The notes beneath the pieces are model-generated. The model had not been told where the DNA came from. It did no database searches and saw only the letters and a program-made list of their open reading frames with translations. Of a stretch of 64,000 nucleotides of DNA, positions 18,893 to 28,440 are shown piece by piece. The first letter of the stretch is position 1. Each line of letters begins with the position of its first letter. The translations under genes and the position numbers were made by a program. The DNA is from an uncultured Nitrososphaerota archaeon (lineage in GTDB: Archaea > Thermoproteota > Nitrososphaeria > Nitrososphaerales > Nitrosopumilaceae): contig OY969559.1 in the NCBI GenBank assembly GCA_963701075.1, positions 992,001-1,056,000 of the forward strand, given 5' to 3'.

Positions 18893-19816
18893 ATGATAAC
18901 GATTCTTGCGGGGGGAACTGGTTCTGTAAAACTTGTACGAGGAGTAGCCTCACAAACACGTGATCTATCTGTAATCTCTAATGTTGGTGATAATTACTGG
19001 TTATACGGTCTTTACATTTGTCCTGATATCGATACAATACTTTATGGGCTTGGGGATATTCTTGATACTGAAAGAGGATGGGGAATAAAGAAAGACACAT
19101 TTGGATTTTTGCGCCAAATGGAAATGCTTGGAGAAGAAACTTGGTTCAAAATAGGAGATAGAGACGCAGCCATACACCTCCTAAGAACTAACATGCTCAA
19201 GAACGGGAAGAATCTATCTGATATTACTGAATGGATGTGTCAAAAATTTGCTGTTGACACAAAGATAATTCCTGTGACAGACAATAGCGTTGAAACTAGG
19301 ATTGTGACAAACAAAGGGGAACTTCACCTACAAGAATTCTGGGTAAAATACAAAGGTCAGGACAAGGTGGAGGGAATAAAATATCTGGGCGCAGATAAGG
19401 CACGAGCAAATCCAGCTGCAGTAAACGCCATTCATGACTCAAAGCTGGTGATAATTGCTCCAGGTAACCCATTAACTAGTATTGGTCCTATACTTTCCAT
19501 TAAGGGAATAAGAAAAGAATTATCAAAGTCAAAGAAAAAAGTTGTAGTGGTAAGTCCACTCGTAGGAAATACTGCAATAAGCGGACCTGCTGCAAAGTAC
19601 TTGGAAGCGGCAGGAATAGAAGTTTCTGTATATGGCCTTGCCAAGATGTATTCAGAGGTAGCGTCACACATGATAATAGACTCTGCTGATAGAATCCACA
19701 CAAGAAAGATTGAGAATCTGGATATGAAAGTGTATGAAACAAAGATAAAGATGAAGGAAAAGAAAGATGAAGAAGCTCTTGCATCTTTCATTCTAAAACA
19801 AATGCATGTCGTCTAA
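18893..19816 (+). CDS. cofD: 2-phospho-L-lactate transferase (F420 synthesis)
   Basis: ILAGGTGSVKL, NVGD, ICPDIDTILY, WFKIGDRD, HLQEFWV, PGNPLTSIGPIL. Confidence 0.95.
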   Translation: MITILAGGTGSVKLVRGVASQTRDLSVISNVGDNYWLYGLYICPDIDTILYGLGDILDTERGWGIKKDTFGFLRQMEMLGEETWFKIGDRDAAIHLLRTNMLKNGKNLSDITEWMCQKFAVDTKIIPVTDNSVETRIVTNKGELHLQEFWVKYKGQDKVEGIKYLGADKARANPAAVNAIHDSKLVIIAPGNPLTSIGPILSIKGIRKELSKSKKKVVVVSPLVGNTAISGPAAKYLEAAGIEVSVYGLAKMYSEVASHMIIDSADRIHTRKIENLDMKVYETKIKMKEKKDEEALASFILKQMHVV

Positions 19817-20447
19817 GCTGCGCATAGGCGCAATAGTACCTGTAAAGACATTTTCAAGAGCAAAGACACGTCTTACCATGTCTTCTGAAAAGACAGAAAA
19901 AATTTGCAGAATAATGTTAGAGTCTGTGCTAGGTACGCTTCTGCAATCTAAAATTATTGAAAGGGTTGTTATTGTAAGTAAGGATGAGACTGCTCTTGAA
20001 ATTGGAAAAAAATTTGGTGCGGTACAAATCTATGATCGAGAAGAACTTGGAGTTAATAATGCAGTAAAGCTTGCAGATGATTATTTGTTGAAGGAAGACT
20101 TTGATTCTACCATGGTTTTTCCTCAAGACATACCGCTAATTCAAGTAGAGGATATTGATGCATTATTGAATTTTAGGATTAAGAATAGATGTGTACTTGT
20201 GGTACCATCGAGGAAATTTGATGGAACCAACGCATTGTTTAGGATGCCACTTGATGTTATGGAAACTCATTATGATGAAGACAGTTACAAAATACATCTA
20301 GATACTGCAGAGAAAAGAAACGCCACATCGTCTCTTGTACTTATTAGAAGAATCATGTTAGATGTAGATGATCAATCTGATCTGAATTTAATAATGAGTT
20401 ATAATCTGCCAGTATCGAAATCACTTAGCAATGCCATCATTCGATAG
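19806..20447 (+). CDS. cofC: 2-phospho-L-lactate/PEP guanylyltransferase
   Basis: IVPVKTFSRAKTRL, QDIPL, DGTNAL, LDVDD; overlaps cofD. Confidence 0.92.
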   Translation: MSSKLRIGAIVPVKTFSRAKTRLTMSSEKTEKICRIMLESVLGTLLQSKIIERVVIVSKDETALEIGKKFGAVQIYDREELGVNNAVKLADDYLLKEDFDSTMVFPQDIPLIQVEDIDALLNFRIKNRCVLVVPSRKFDGTNALFRMPLDVMETHYDEDSYKIHLDTAEKRNATSSLVLIRRIMLDVDDQSDLNLIMSYNLPVSKSLSNAIIR

Positions 20448-20475
20448 TTTTTTTATCCGTTTAGAATTTCATATC

Positions 20476-21474
20476 TTAGAATTGGCTGATTGTGGTTGAT
20501 TCTCGCTTAGATATTACGTAGTTGAGAATCTTGATGGATATGGCTATTGCGCCAGTGACTATTAGTAATTGTTCAAGTGTATTGGAAAAGGGATTTGCAG
20601 TTTCATCCGAAATGGGAACTTGACCTATGGCTGATATAAAAAATAGGTATGAGTAAATGAAATAGTTTGTACTCCAGTGAATAAGAATAGCAGGACCCAG
20701 TCCATATCTTACATAGACCCATCCAATTATTATTCCAGCTATTGCAGCTTGAGTGAATTTTCCTGGACTCCAGGGAGTACCAGAAATTATGTGAGCGGCG
20801 CCAAAAAATATGCCCACAGTGATTATTAATGCCATAACTTTCCTGTAGTTCGTGATGTGAAGGTATGAAGCTGGCCTCCACAACGATTTAAAGAAAAGTT
20901 TCCATGATGCACGGTGTGAAAAGATGAGAAATAGAGGAACTCCTATCAGCAATACTCTAAAACCAGACTCTTCTGTCAAAGGCGCGATCGTAATCTGGAA
21001 AAACTGAATCAAGTTATTTTGAGACTGTGGTGATTCTATCTTTACTCCAAAACTTTCTTGAACAAAATCTATTGCGACTGAAAATAAGATCAGTATTGCA
21101 AACCATGCTATCATGTTTGTAAGTCCATTGTCTTTTAGACCTCGCCAACCTTCTGCCATGACGCTAGACAATGTGCTTGTTAAACTTCCACGAGGGCCAA
21201 TAAATGAAATAGAAAATAGTATCAAGTAAATTGACCATGCTATGATGAAAGCATCTCCGAGTTGAAACGAAATTGGTAACTTGTCACTAATTCCGCCTAT
21301 GAAGAAATTAAGTCCGTCTGTTGGATACTGGAAGTTTATGTCATTTCCTATGTTTGAGTTAAAGACAATATATGCTCCTATGGGAAATGATAAGATCATT
21401 ATTCCAAAAATCACAGATATGAACGCAGAGTAAGGAATGGAAAGAACCCTGCTTATCTTATCTATGTGTAACAA
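20476..21474 (-). CDS. CPBP (CAAX/Abi) intramembrane glutamic endopeptidase
   Basis: APLTEESGFR, FFGAAH, ILIHWSTN motifs; multiple TM. Confidence 0.88.
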   Translation of the reverse strand: MLHIDKISRVLSIPYSAFISVIFGIMILSFPIGAYIVFNSNIGNDINFQYPTDGLNFFIGGISDKLPISFQLGDAFIIAWSIYLILFSISFIGPRGSLTSTLSSVMAEGWRGLKDNGLTNMIAWFAILILFSVAIDFVQESFGVKIESPQSQNNLIQFFQITIAPLTEESGFRVLLIGVPLFLIFSHRASWKLFFKSLWRPASYLHITNYRKVMALIITVGIFFGAAHIISGTPWSPGKFTQAAIAGIIIGWVYVRYGLGPAILIHWSTNYFIYSYLFFISAIGQVPISDETANPFSNTLEQLLIVTGAIAISIKILNYVISKRESTTISQF

Positions 21475-21481
21475 GTTGAAT

Positions 21482-21790
21482 TCAATGAACTTCTATACTA
21501 GATTCTAAAAATCCGAGTTTTACTAATGTCCCTTTTATTGTATCGCGATGATCTCCTTGGAGGAAAATGTATCCGTCTTTAACTGTTCCACCGCAAGCAT
21601 ATCTCGCCTTTAACTCTCTAACCACCTTTCCAAGATCATTCATCTTTGGATTAACCCCCTCAATCATAGTACCTTTCTTTCTAAAACGTCGCTCTTCAAT
21701 TCTAACCACGATTTGGGTTTGATCTTTTTCGAGTTCACCGCAGGCACATAAATCGTTGGGAAGTCCGCAAGTATTGCAGATTACCGCCAT
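21482..21790 (-). CDS. sui1: Translation initiation factor aIF1 (SUI1/YciH)
   Basis: CNTCGLP..LCAC, ELKARYACGGTVKDGYIFLQGDHR. Confidence 0.95.
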   Translation of the reverse strand: MAVICNTCGLPNDLCACGELEKDQTQIVVRIEERRFRKKGTMIEGVNPKMNDLGKVVRELKARYACGGTVKDGYIFLQGDHRDTIKGTLVKLGFLESSIEVH

Positions 21791-21857
21791 TCAAAATAAA
21801 AAGCTGGAATCCTACTATTAAGCCTTGTTCATATGTATCTTTTTTATGTAGATTCGA

Positions 21858-22205
21858 TTGATTCAAGATATGTCAAAAGAGCTTACAAAAAAAGCTGTAG
21901 AGATGCTTCTGAAGGGGGCTACCTTGGTAAGCGATCCATGTCCCTATTGTAAAGGTGTAAGAATCATCAAGGAAGGGAACGCGTTTTGTGTAAACTGTGG
22001 CAGGGAAGGAAAAGACAAGAACATTTCCCAAGATGAAAAACTGAAAGGTAAGACGAAGGAATACTCTGCACTTGACAAACTTGATCAAAAGCTAAAAGAT
22101 CTAACTGATGAACTACAACAAGAAAAGGATCATGCCAAACAGCAACAGATCCTCAGGTCGATCAATGATATAATTGCGATTAAAGAGAGACTTGAGAAGA
22201 TCTAG
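21858..22205 (+). CDS. Autoantigen p27/SSSCA1-like zinc-finger protein
   Basis: MLLKGATLVSDPCPYC...FCVNC plus coiled tail. Confidence 0.85.
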   Translation: MIQDMSKELTKKAVEMLLKGATLVSDPCPYCKGVRIIKEGNAFCVNCGREGKDKNISQDEKLKGKTKEYSALDKLDQKLKDLTDELQQEKDHAKQQQILRSINDIIAIKERLEKI

Positions 22206-22246
22206 TCACAAAAGTATTTATTTAAACAGGGATGCCATATAGTGAT

Positions 22247-22411
22247 ATGAGCAGCAAGAAGTCAGCACCACTACCCGCATCAAGCGCGGGTCTTCTGAGA
22301 TTCTTTGAGGATGAAACTAAGGGATACAAGTTGAAACCAGAGGTTGTGATAGCCATTCCAAGCGCACTCATTGCCATGTCGTGGATTTTGAAAATATTCT
22401 TCTCACCATGA
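22247..22411 (+). CDS. secG: Preprotein translocase subunit Sec61beta (54 aa; not in ORF track)
   Basis: MSSKKSAPLPASSAGLLRFFEDETKGYKLKPEVVIAIPSALIAMSWILKIFFSP*. Confidence 0.92.
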   Translation: MSSKKSAPLPASSAGLLRFFEDETKGYKLKPEVVIAIPSALIAMSWILKIFFSP

Positions 22412-24141
22412 CCGCGAGTTCTGATAATGTGTCCCGTATACACAAGCGGTATACACTTACAACATTTACTCCTACCTCGCCATATGTCTCACTTGCAATT
22501 TCAATTGTTATTGCATGCGTGATAGTTTCTTTATCTGATCTTTATTACTTCAAGTCAAGCGATAGACTTGCCTTTAGTATGCTACTAGTCATAGCCGCGT
22601 TAGTTGTAACTCAGTTCATCGATTCTAGATTACTGAAAACCAATTATTCTAAATCTTTACACATGTCTGCTTTTGGAAATCTTCTCTGGCTTGTAACAAT
22701 AATTGGTGGTTTGCTCTCTGTTTACGTTTTTTCAAAACCGCACTTATCCCAAGTTTACATAGCTGAGGGCATGCTTCTCTTTGCAGGTTTCAGAATAGGG
22801 TTGTTCACATCAGTAATTGGAGCCAAAGTAAAGACTGCCTTGGCAGTATGTCTTATACAACCACTTGCAATGTTTATGTCATTTGTCCCGCCTGAACAAT
22901 GGTTTCCAATACTTTCCGATCCTAGGGGGATTGTTTTTGGCTTGGTTTTCATTTTCCTTGGTACTGCATGGACAATACTTACTGATAGAGCTGCAGGAAA
23001 GGTTGCAAACGCTCACAAGTTCCTGCAGGCATACATTGCAGCAGCCACAAAAAATGATGCATCAGATATGGAAACAATGATGGAGGCGCGTTCCCAACCT
23101 TCAAAGGTTTCAACATTTCAAATTTTATTTAAAACAAAAAATAATGAATGTAGGCTTGTTTTACCTGATGTTCATCCAGGACCGTTTCATCCAATAGGTG
23201 GTAGCAATATCACTTATCTAATTTACAAGAATCTTAATTCATCTGCAATGGTCATGCACAGTGTATCGAATCATTCTCTTAATCTCCCTTCTAAATCTCA
23301 AGTTGAACAATATCTTGCTAGTCTACAAAAGAGCTCAACTATACAACAAGGATTTAGCTGCACAAAACCAGTAACAGTTCAGGTAAACAAAGCCAGATCC
23401 GTAGGGTTACTGTTTGACAAGACGGCAGTTCTAATTCTATCCCTTTCCCCTCATGGAATGGAAGATGTTCCAACATATGTAAAAACGGAACTTGAACAAT
23501 ATGGCAAAAATCGAGGCTTTGAACGAGTATTGATTGTTGACAGCCACAATGCCATGGGTGAAGAAATATCAAAATTAGATGCAGATGATCTTTTAAAAGC
23601 ATCCAAGTCCAACTTGGACACTTTAATAACAAAAGAAGCAATGCCCATAGAGATTGGATTTGCAAATGCAGAAAATCTCAAAATTGAGACCGATGATCTT
23701 GGCCCGGGAAAGGTGGCTATTATGTGTATGAAGATAGGCGATGAAAAATTCTTCTTAGGTTGGGCAGATGCTAACAACATGCAGAATGGGTTAAGAGAAG
23801 AAATTGCAAATCACTTCTCAAAAAACGGGTATAGCCTACTTGAGGTCTGCACTTCAGACACACATTACAAGTCAAGAAACGCTAGGAACAAACATGGATA
23901 TTTCGAGTTTGGCAGCTTGTCAAAATCTGATGATGCGGCATCATGGTTTTTACAGCTTGCTAAAAAAGCTGAGCAAAACATTTCCTCATCATCGTTTGAA
24001 TTACTTGCACAAGAAACAACTGTAAAAGTTATGGGCGACAAGCAGTTTGAAGATTATTCAAAATCTCTAGACAGGGCAATGCGTATAACACAAGGATTTC
24101 TTGTTGTAACAACTGCATTTTTCTTTTATACTATGATTTAG
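22408..24141 (+). CDS. DUF2070 family membrane protein
   Basis: N-terminal TM bundle; PDVHPGPF, VDSHN, DANNM, TSDTH motifs; ATG overlaps secG stop (ATGA). Confidence 0.88.
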   Translation: MTASSDNVSRIHKRYTLTTFTPTSPYVSLAISIVIACVIVSLSDLYYFKSSDRLAFSMLLVIAALVVTQFIDSRLLKTNYSKSLHMSAFGNLLWLVTIIGGLLSVYVFSKPHLSQVYIAEGMLLFAGFRIGLFTSVIGAKVKTALAVCLIQPLAMFMSFVPPEQWFPILSDPRGIVFGLVFIFLGTAWTILTDRAAGKVANAHKFLQAYIAAATKNDASDMETMMEARSQPSKVSTFQILFKTKNNECRLVLPDVHPGPFHPIGGSNITYLIYKNLNSSAMVMHSVSNHSLNLPSKSQVEQYLASLQKSSTIQQGFSCTKPVTVQVNKARSVGLLFDKTAVLILSLSPHGMEDVPTYVKTELEQYGKNRGFERVLIVDSHNAMGEEISKLDADDLLKASKSNLDTLITKEAMPIEIGFANAENLKIETDDLGPGKVAIMCMKIGDEKFFLGWADANNMQNGLREEIANHFSKNGYSLLEVCTSDTHYKSRNARNKHGYFEFGSLSKSDDAASWFLQLAKKAEQNISSSSFELLAQETTVKVMGDKQFEDYSKSLDRAMRITQGFLVVTTAFFFYTMI

Positions 24142-24758
24142 GAACGAAGTTCTTCTAGGTTGCCATAGAACTCATCACAGAATGCATCTAACTGATAGAT
24201 GGGTATTACAGGGACTTTTTCAATAAATCTTGTTTCATGCTGGTATAGTGTAACTATGGCCGGTACTGCAGCTTGTATTTTTTCCTTTGACAAAAAGTGT
24301 TTGGTGCGCTCAATTTGTTTTTTTACCGCCTTCTCAAGAGCTGACTGGCTCATTCGGTTCCAATGTTTGCAGTCTATTAAAATTGCAATTCCTGACTTTA
24401 TGCCGATTACATCGATTTGCATTCTGGGATTTGTCAATATGACATTACGTATGGTATCAAAATCTCTCTTCTCAAGTATCTCTGCAGTAAGTGATTCAAA
24501 ATCTTGCCATTCAAGTAGGCTTGAAATTTCCTCAATTGGAACGCCCATGCTAATTGCCAAAATCCCTGTCTTTAGTCTGTCATTTTCTTTAAAATGTATG
24601 ACGTTATTTTCATATGTTCCTATTCCATTCTGCATAAGGTTATCTAGTATCTCAACTGACATCTCTTCACTAGTACTAGTAGCCATTGCAAAGTCCTTTA
24701 CAGATATTTCTCCTGGTATTATTCCCTTAATGCCCTTGACAAGCATCTGTAGATTCAT
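24138..24758 (-). CDS. PD-(D/E)xK restriction-endonuclease-like protein (Mrr/NERD-like)
   Basis: WQDFE..AEIL, QIDVIG, ILIDCKHW. Confidence 0.8.
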   Translation of the reverse strand: MNLQMLVKGIKGIIPGEISVKDFAMATSTSEEMSVEILDNLMQNGIGTYENNVIHFKENDRLKTGILAISMGVPIEEISSLLEWQDFESLTAEILEKRDFDTIRNVILTNPRMQIDVIGIKSGIAILIDCKHWNRMSQSALEKAVKKQIERTKHFLSKEKIQAAVPAIVTLYQHETRFIEKVPVIPIYQLDAFCDEFYGNLEELRS

Positions 24759-24911
24759 TATAACTCATTCATCTCTTATTTTTGAAATATTATCCACTGC
24801 AAATAAAGATCAGGGTATAGCAATGAATTGCATTAAATTTTTTTATTTTGTATTATTTGTTTTCTAAAATAAATAGGCGATGGTTATATACAGTCCAAAT
24901 CAAAGCAAATC

Positions 24912-27383
24912 ATGAAATTAATGCTAGTTGTTATACTAGCACTCTTTATTCTGGGAGCAAAGGTTTCATTTGGTGAAAAAGGAACTTATGTCGACAAAGT
25001 AGAGTTCATACAATATTCTGATTCCAACACAGCAATAGAAGAAATAAAAAATGGTAACTTGGATATCTACTATTCATCAATCCCATCAGATAGAATAGAT
25101 CCACAACTAAGACAAGATCTAAACGTATTCCAATCCACCGGTACTGAATACAGTCTTCTTGTAAATCCTGCCCCTTCTGAAAAATTCAATCCATTCTCAA
25201 TAAGAGAAGTTCGTTATGCTCTAAACTACCTAGTAGACAGAAACATGATCGTAGATGAAATACTAAATGGTTATGGTTCACCGATGATATCGGCATACAA
25301 GCCATATGATCCAGATTATCTTTTAATTCTGGGCAAACTTCAATCATTTAACTTTCGATATGATCCGTCACTTGCAGACCAAATGATTTCAGATGCACTT
25401 ACAAAAGCAGGAGCACAAAAAGTAGATGGAAAGTGGTACTATGATTCAAAGCCCATTGAGATTACTATCTTTATCAGAAACGATGACCAAGTAAGAAAGT
25501 CTATCGGAGAAATTCTCTCATCACAACTACAAAAGATTGGATTTGTAGTAAAGCCTGATTATGGAGATCTCTCAAAGGCATTTTCAGTTGTATATGGGTC
25601 AAATCCTGCAGACATGGAGTGGAACATATATACCGAAGCATACACTGTTGGCGGATTTGTACGGTATGATTCTGTAATTGTCGCTCAAATGTATTCTCCT
25701 TGGTTTTCAAACATGCCGGGATTTAATAATCTAGGATATTGGAATTATGAAAACAATTCTTTGGATTCTATATCACAGGCAATCTTTGTAGGAAATTTTA
25801 CCTCTTCTGCAACTCGTGCTGAATTGATAAATGATGGGGTTGTTGATGGCATACAAGAATCAGTGAGGATCTTTCTTGCAGCTCAAGTAGACCAATACGT
25901 TGCTGCCAAGAAAGTTCAGGGAATAATAAATGATTTTGGTGCTGGTATTACAAGTCGACTTACTCCAATAAATTCTCGTGACAACTCTGATACGATAAAA
26001 ATTGGTGTTGGGCAAATCTATCAAGGTGCATGGAACCCAATAGCTGGATTTACTGATTCATACAGTCAAGAAATGTCAGCACCTGTAATGGACCCTGGTG
26101 ACTTTAAAAATCCGTATACTGGGATTACAATTCCTGTGCGAACAACATGGGATGTCAAGACAGCAGGCCCTATGGGAAAACTCGATGTTCCAAACGATGC
26201 AATTCGTTGGGATCCAGTACAACAAAAATGGATTCAAGTTGGACCGGGTATAAAGTCTACAAGTAAGATAACATATCATATGAAATTTAGCAATTGGCAT
26301 GACGGTCGCCCTATGGACATGAATGATGTGCTTTACGGGATTTACTTTCTTTATCAGTGGGGCTGGGATCAGGCATCTCAAACTGAGACATTTGATTCTG
26401 AATATTCTCCAAAGGCAAATCAGACTGCAAAGACACTGATAGGAGTTAGAGTTATTGATAATGATACCATTGAGGTATATCAGAATTATTGGCATTTTGA
26501 CGATCGTGAGATCGCAGATTCTGCTCAGGTCTGGCCTGACATGCCGTGGGAATTAATGTATGCAATGGAAAAGTCAGTCACAGATGGAAAACTTGCATTC
26601 TCAAGGTCAGACGCAATAAGTAAAAATGTTGACTGGTTATCATTAATTGTCCCAAAAGATGCCAAGATTATGGAATCTAATCTTCAAGAATTTGAGAAAG
26701 ATAACATCGTGCCAAAAGCATTGATAGGTCTTGTTGACTCAAATTATTGTGATTTAAGATATAATTCTTCAATATCATGGATAGATAAACACAACAATGC
26801 AATGATAAGTAATGGCCCGTTCTATCTTGACAACTATTTGCCAGAAGCAAGAACTATCTCTCTAAAATCATTTGATGATCCTACGTACCCATTTGGTGTA
26901 GGGTATTGGAAGGAATTTGAACAAATACAACTTCCAAAAATAGAAAAAGTAAATGTGCCAACAGTTGTAACAATTGGGCAAGATCTAGATATTCCAGTTT
27001 TAGTCACACCTGATTCTGATGTATATTATTATTTTATTAACGCTCAGGGTAATCTAGTCTACAGCGGAGTGCAAAATTCAAGCAATGGAAATTTCAGTAT
27101 CGTGGTCCCAGCAACAAAGACAATGAATTTCACTGTTGGCGCAAATGATTTGCAAATCTTCACTATATCAGACTATGCCTATAGACCAGATACGTTTAGC
27201 ACTAGTTTTCTTGCTATGGAAAAAGGATATGAAATTCCGTCTGAGAACATTACTGCTGTAACACAGAATACGACTGATGGTCAGAACTATGTTGTGGTTA
27301 TTCTTTTGATAATGATAGGTATGACAATCGCTTTTGTATATAAGAAGAGAAGGAAAAAGCAAACTTCAAAACTGGAGTTGTAA
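24912..27383 (+). CDS. dppA: Peptide/nickel ABC transporter substrate-binding protein with C-terminal TM anchor
   Basis: FNPFSIREVRYALNYLVDR, WHDGRPMDMNDV, ISNGPFYL; signal peptide and C-terminal TM. Confidence 0.88.
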   Translation: MKLMLVVILALFILGAKVSFGEKGTYVDKVEFIQYSDSNTAIEEIKNGNLDIYYSSIPSDRIDPQLRQDLNVFQSTGTEYSLLVNPAPSEKFNPFSIREVRYALNYLVDRNMIVDEILNGYGSPMISAYKPYDPDYLLILGKLQSFNFRYDPSLADQMISDALTKAGAQKVDGKWYYDSKPIEITIFIRNDDQVRKSIGEILSSQLQKIGFVVKPDYGDLSKAFSVVYGSNPADMEWNIYTEAYTVGGFVRYDSVIVAQMYSPWFSNMPGFNNLGYWNYENNSLDSISQAIFVGNFTSSATRAELINDGVVDGIQESVRIFLAAQVDQYVAAKKVQGIINDFGAGITSRLTPINSRDNSDTIKIGVGQIYQGAWNPIAGFTDSYSQEMSAPVMDPGDFKNPYTGITIPVRTTWDVKTAGPMGKLDVPNDAIRWDPVQQKWIQVGPGIKSTSKITYHMKFSNWHDGRPMDMNDVLYGIYFLYQWGWDQASQTETFDSEYSPKANQTAKTLIGVRVIDNDTIEVYQNYWHFDDREIADSAQVWPDMPWELMYAMEKSVTDGKLAFSRSDAISKNVDWLSLIVPKDAKIMESNLQEFEKDNIVPKALIGLVDSNYCDLRYNSSISWIDKHNNAMISNGPFYLDNYLPEARTISLKSFDDPTYPFGVGYWKEFEQIQLPKIEKVNVPTVVTIGQDLDIPVLVTPDSDVYYYFINAQGNLVYSGVQNSSNGNFSIVVPATKTMNFTVGANDLQIFTISDYAYRPDTFSTSFLAMEKGYEIPSENITAVTQNTTDGQNYVVVILLIMIGMTIAFVYKKRRKKQTSKLEL

Positions 27384-27387
27384 TGTT

Positions 27388-28440
27388 ATGGGATTCAAGA
27401 AATATCTTGCAAAACGCGCAATCACGATGTTTGGTGTGCTGATGGCTACCCTTTTGATCACGATTGCACTTGTTGGCTCTAACATGGACGCAATATTGAA
27501 GCAGAGTGTGGCACTAGAGATTAGGCAACAGGTGACAAACAATAAAAGTCTAGTCTCAAGCTTCAAGACCCCCGATCAACTGAACTCGTATATCCAAAAT
27601 CAGATCAAACAGCGAGTAGTGGCACTGGGTCTTGATCAACCTTGGTATACTCCCCAAAGACTTGGGCTTGCTATGTACAAAATTTTAACATTAGACTTTG
27701 GCCATGCAAAATTTCTTACAAGTGACACGGGTTCTTCTGATGTCAAGGACATAATACTTGAAAGACTTCCAAACACCATTCTTCTTTTCACAACTGCTAC
27801 TGCAATAATATCACTGCTTGGTATATTGTTGGGCGCAATTGCTGCAAGCAAAGTCAACTCTAGAATTGATAAGATAACATCAGGTTTTGCCATCGTGAGT
27901 AGCAGTTTTCCTGTCTGGTGGGTTGGCCTTATTATGATCTTTTTGTTTGCATTCGTCTATCCTATATTTCCTGCAAGAGCAACTCCTACAATTCCTATGA
28001 CAGACCCTGGATACGCTGTATCTTTGTTGTATCACATGGCATTACCGTTAATCACTCTTGTTTTGATTGGATTTGGATCTTGGGCCTATCTTGTTCGAAA
28101 CTTTCTGGTCGGTGTTTTGCAAGAAGATTTCATTATGGCAAAGAAAACTGCTGGAATTGACAAGAAAAAAATCCTATATCGTCACGCATTGAAAAATGCC
28201 GCTCCTCCAATTATTACTGTTCTTGCTCTAAGTCTTTCCGGTTCTCTTGGGGGTGCGATAATCACAGAAGCTGTATTTGACTGGCCTGGTATGGGAAGAC
28301 TATACTATGAAGCGATAAGTGTTCTTGATCTACCTGTTATAATTGGTGCAACTTATGTCTTGACAGCGTTCTTTCTTGTCAGCATATTTTTGGCAGATAT
28401 TTTGTATGGATACTTTGATCCAAGGATAAGAAGACAATGA
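27388..28440 (+). CDS. dppB: Peptide ABC transporter permease (DppB/OppB)
   Basis: ERLPNT, EDFIMAKKTAG...HALKNA, ITEAVFDWPGMG; ATG at 27388. Confidence 0.92.
   Translation: MGFKKYLAKRAITMFGVLMATLLITIALVGSNMDAILKQSVALEIRQQVTNNKSLVSSFKTPDQLNSYIQNQIKQRVVALGLDQPWYTPQRLGLAMYKILTLDFGHAKFLTSDTGSSDVKDIILERLPNTILLFTTATAIISLLGILLGAIAASKVNSRIDKITSGFAIVSSSFPVWWVGLIMIFLFAFVYPIFPARATPTIPMTDPGYAVSLLYHMALPLITLVLIGFGSWAYLVRNFLVGVLQEDFIMAKKTAGIDKKKILYRHALKNAAPPIITVLALSLSGSLGGAIITEAVFDWPGMGRLYYEAISVLDLPVIIGATYVLTAFFLVSIFLADILYGYFDPRIRRQ

Noticed and set aside
20476-21474. CAAX/Abi protein as a phage-defence gene
   Set aside because: Embedded among core genes (cofC, aIF1); the Abi label for this family does not imply defence
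22222-22443. 73-aa minus-strand ORF
   Set aside because: Shadow of the Sec61beta gene on the plus strand
24199-24867. 222-aa plus-strand ORF
   Set aside because: Antisense shadow of the PD-(D/E)xK nuclease gene, with the Ser/Ile/Phe-rich composition typical of shadows
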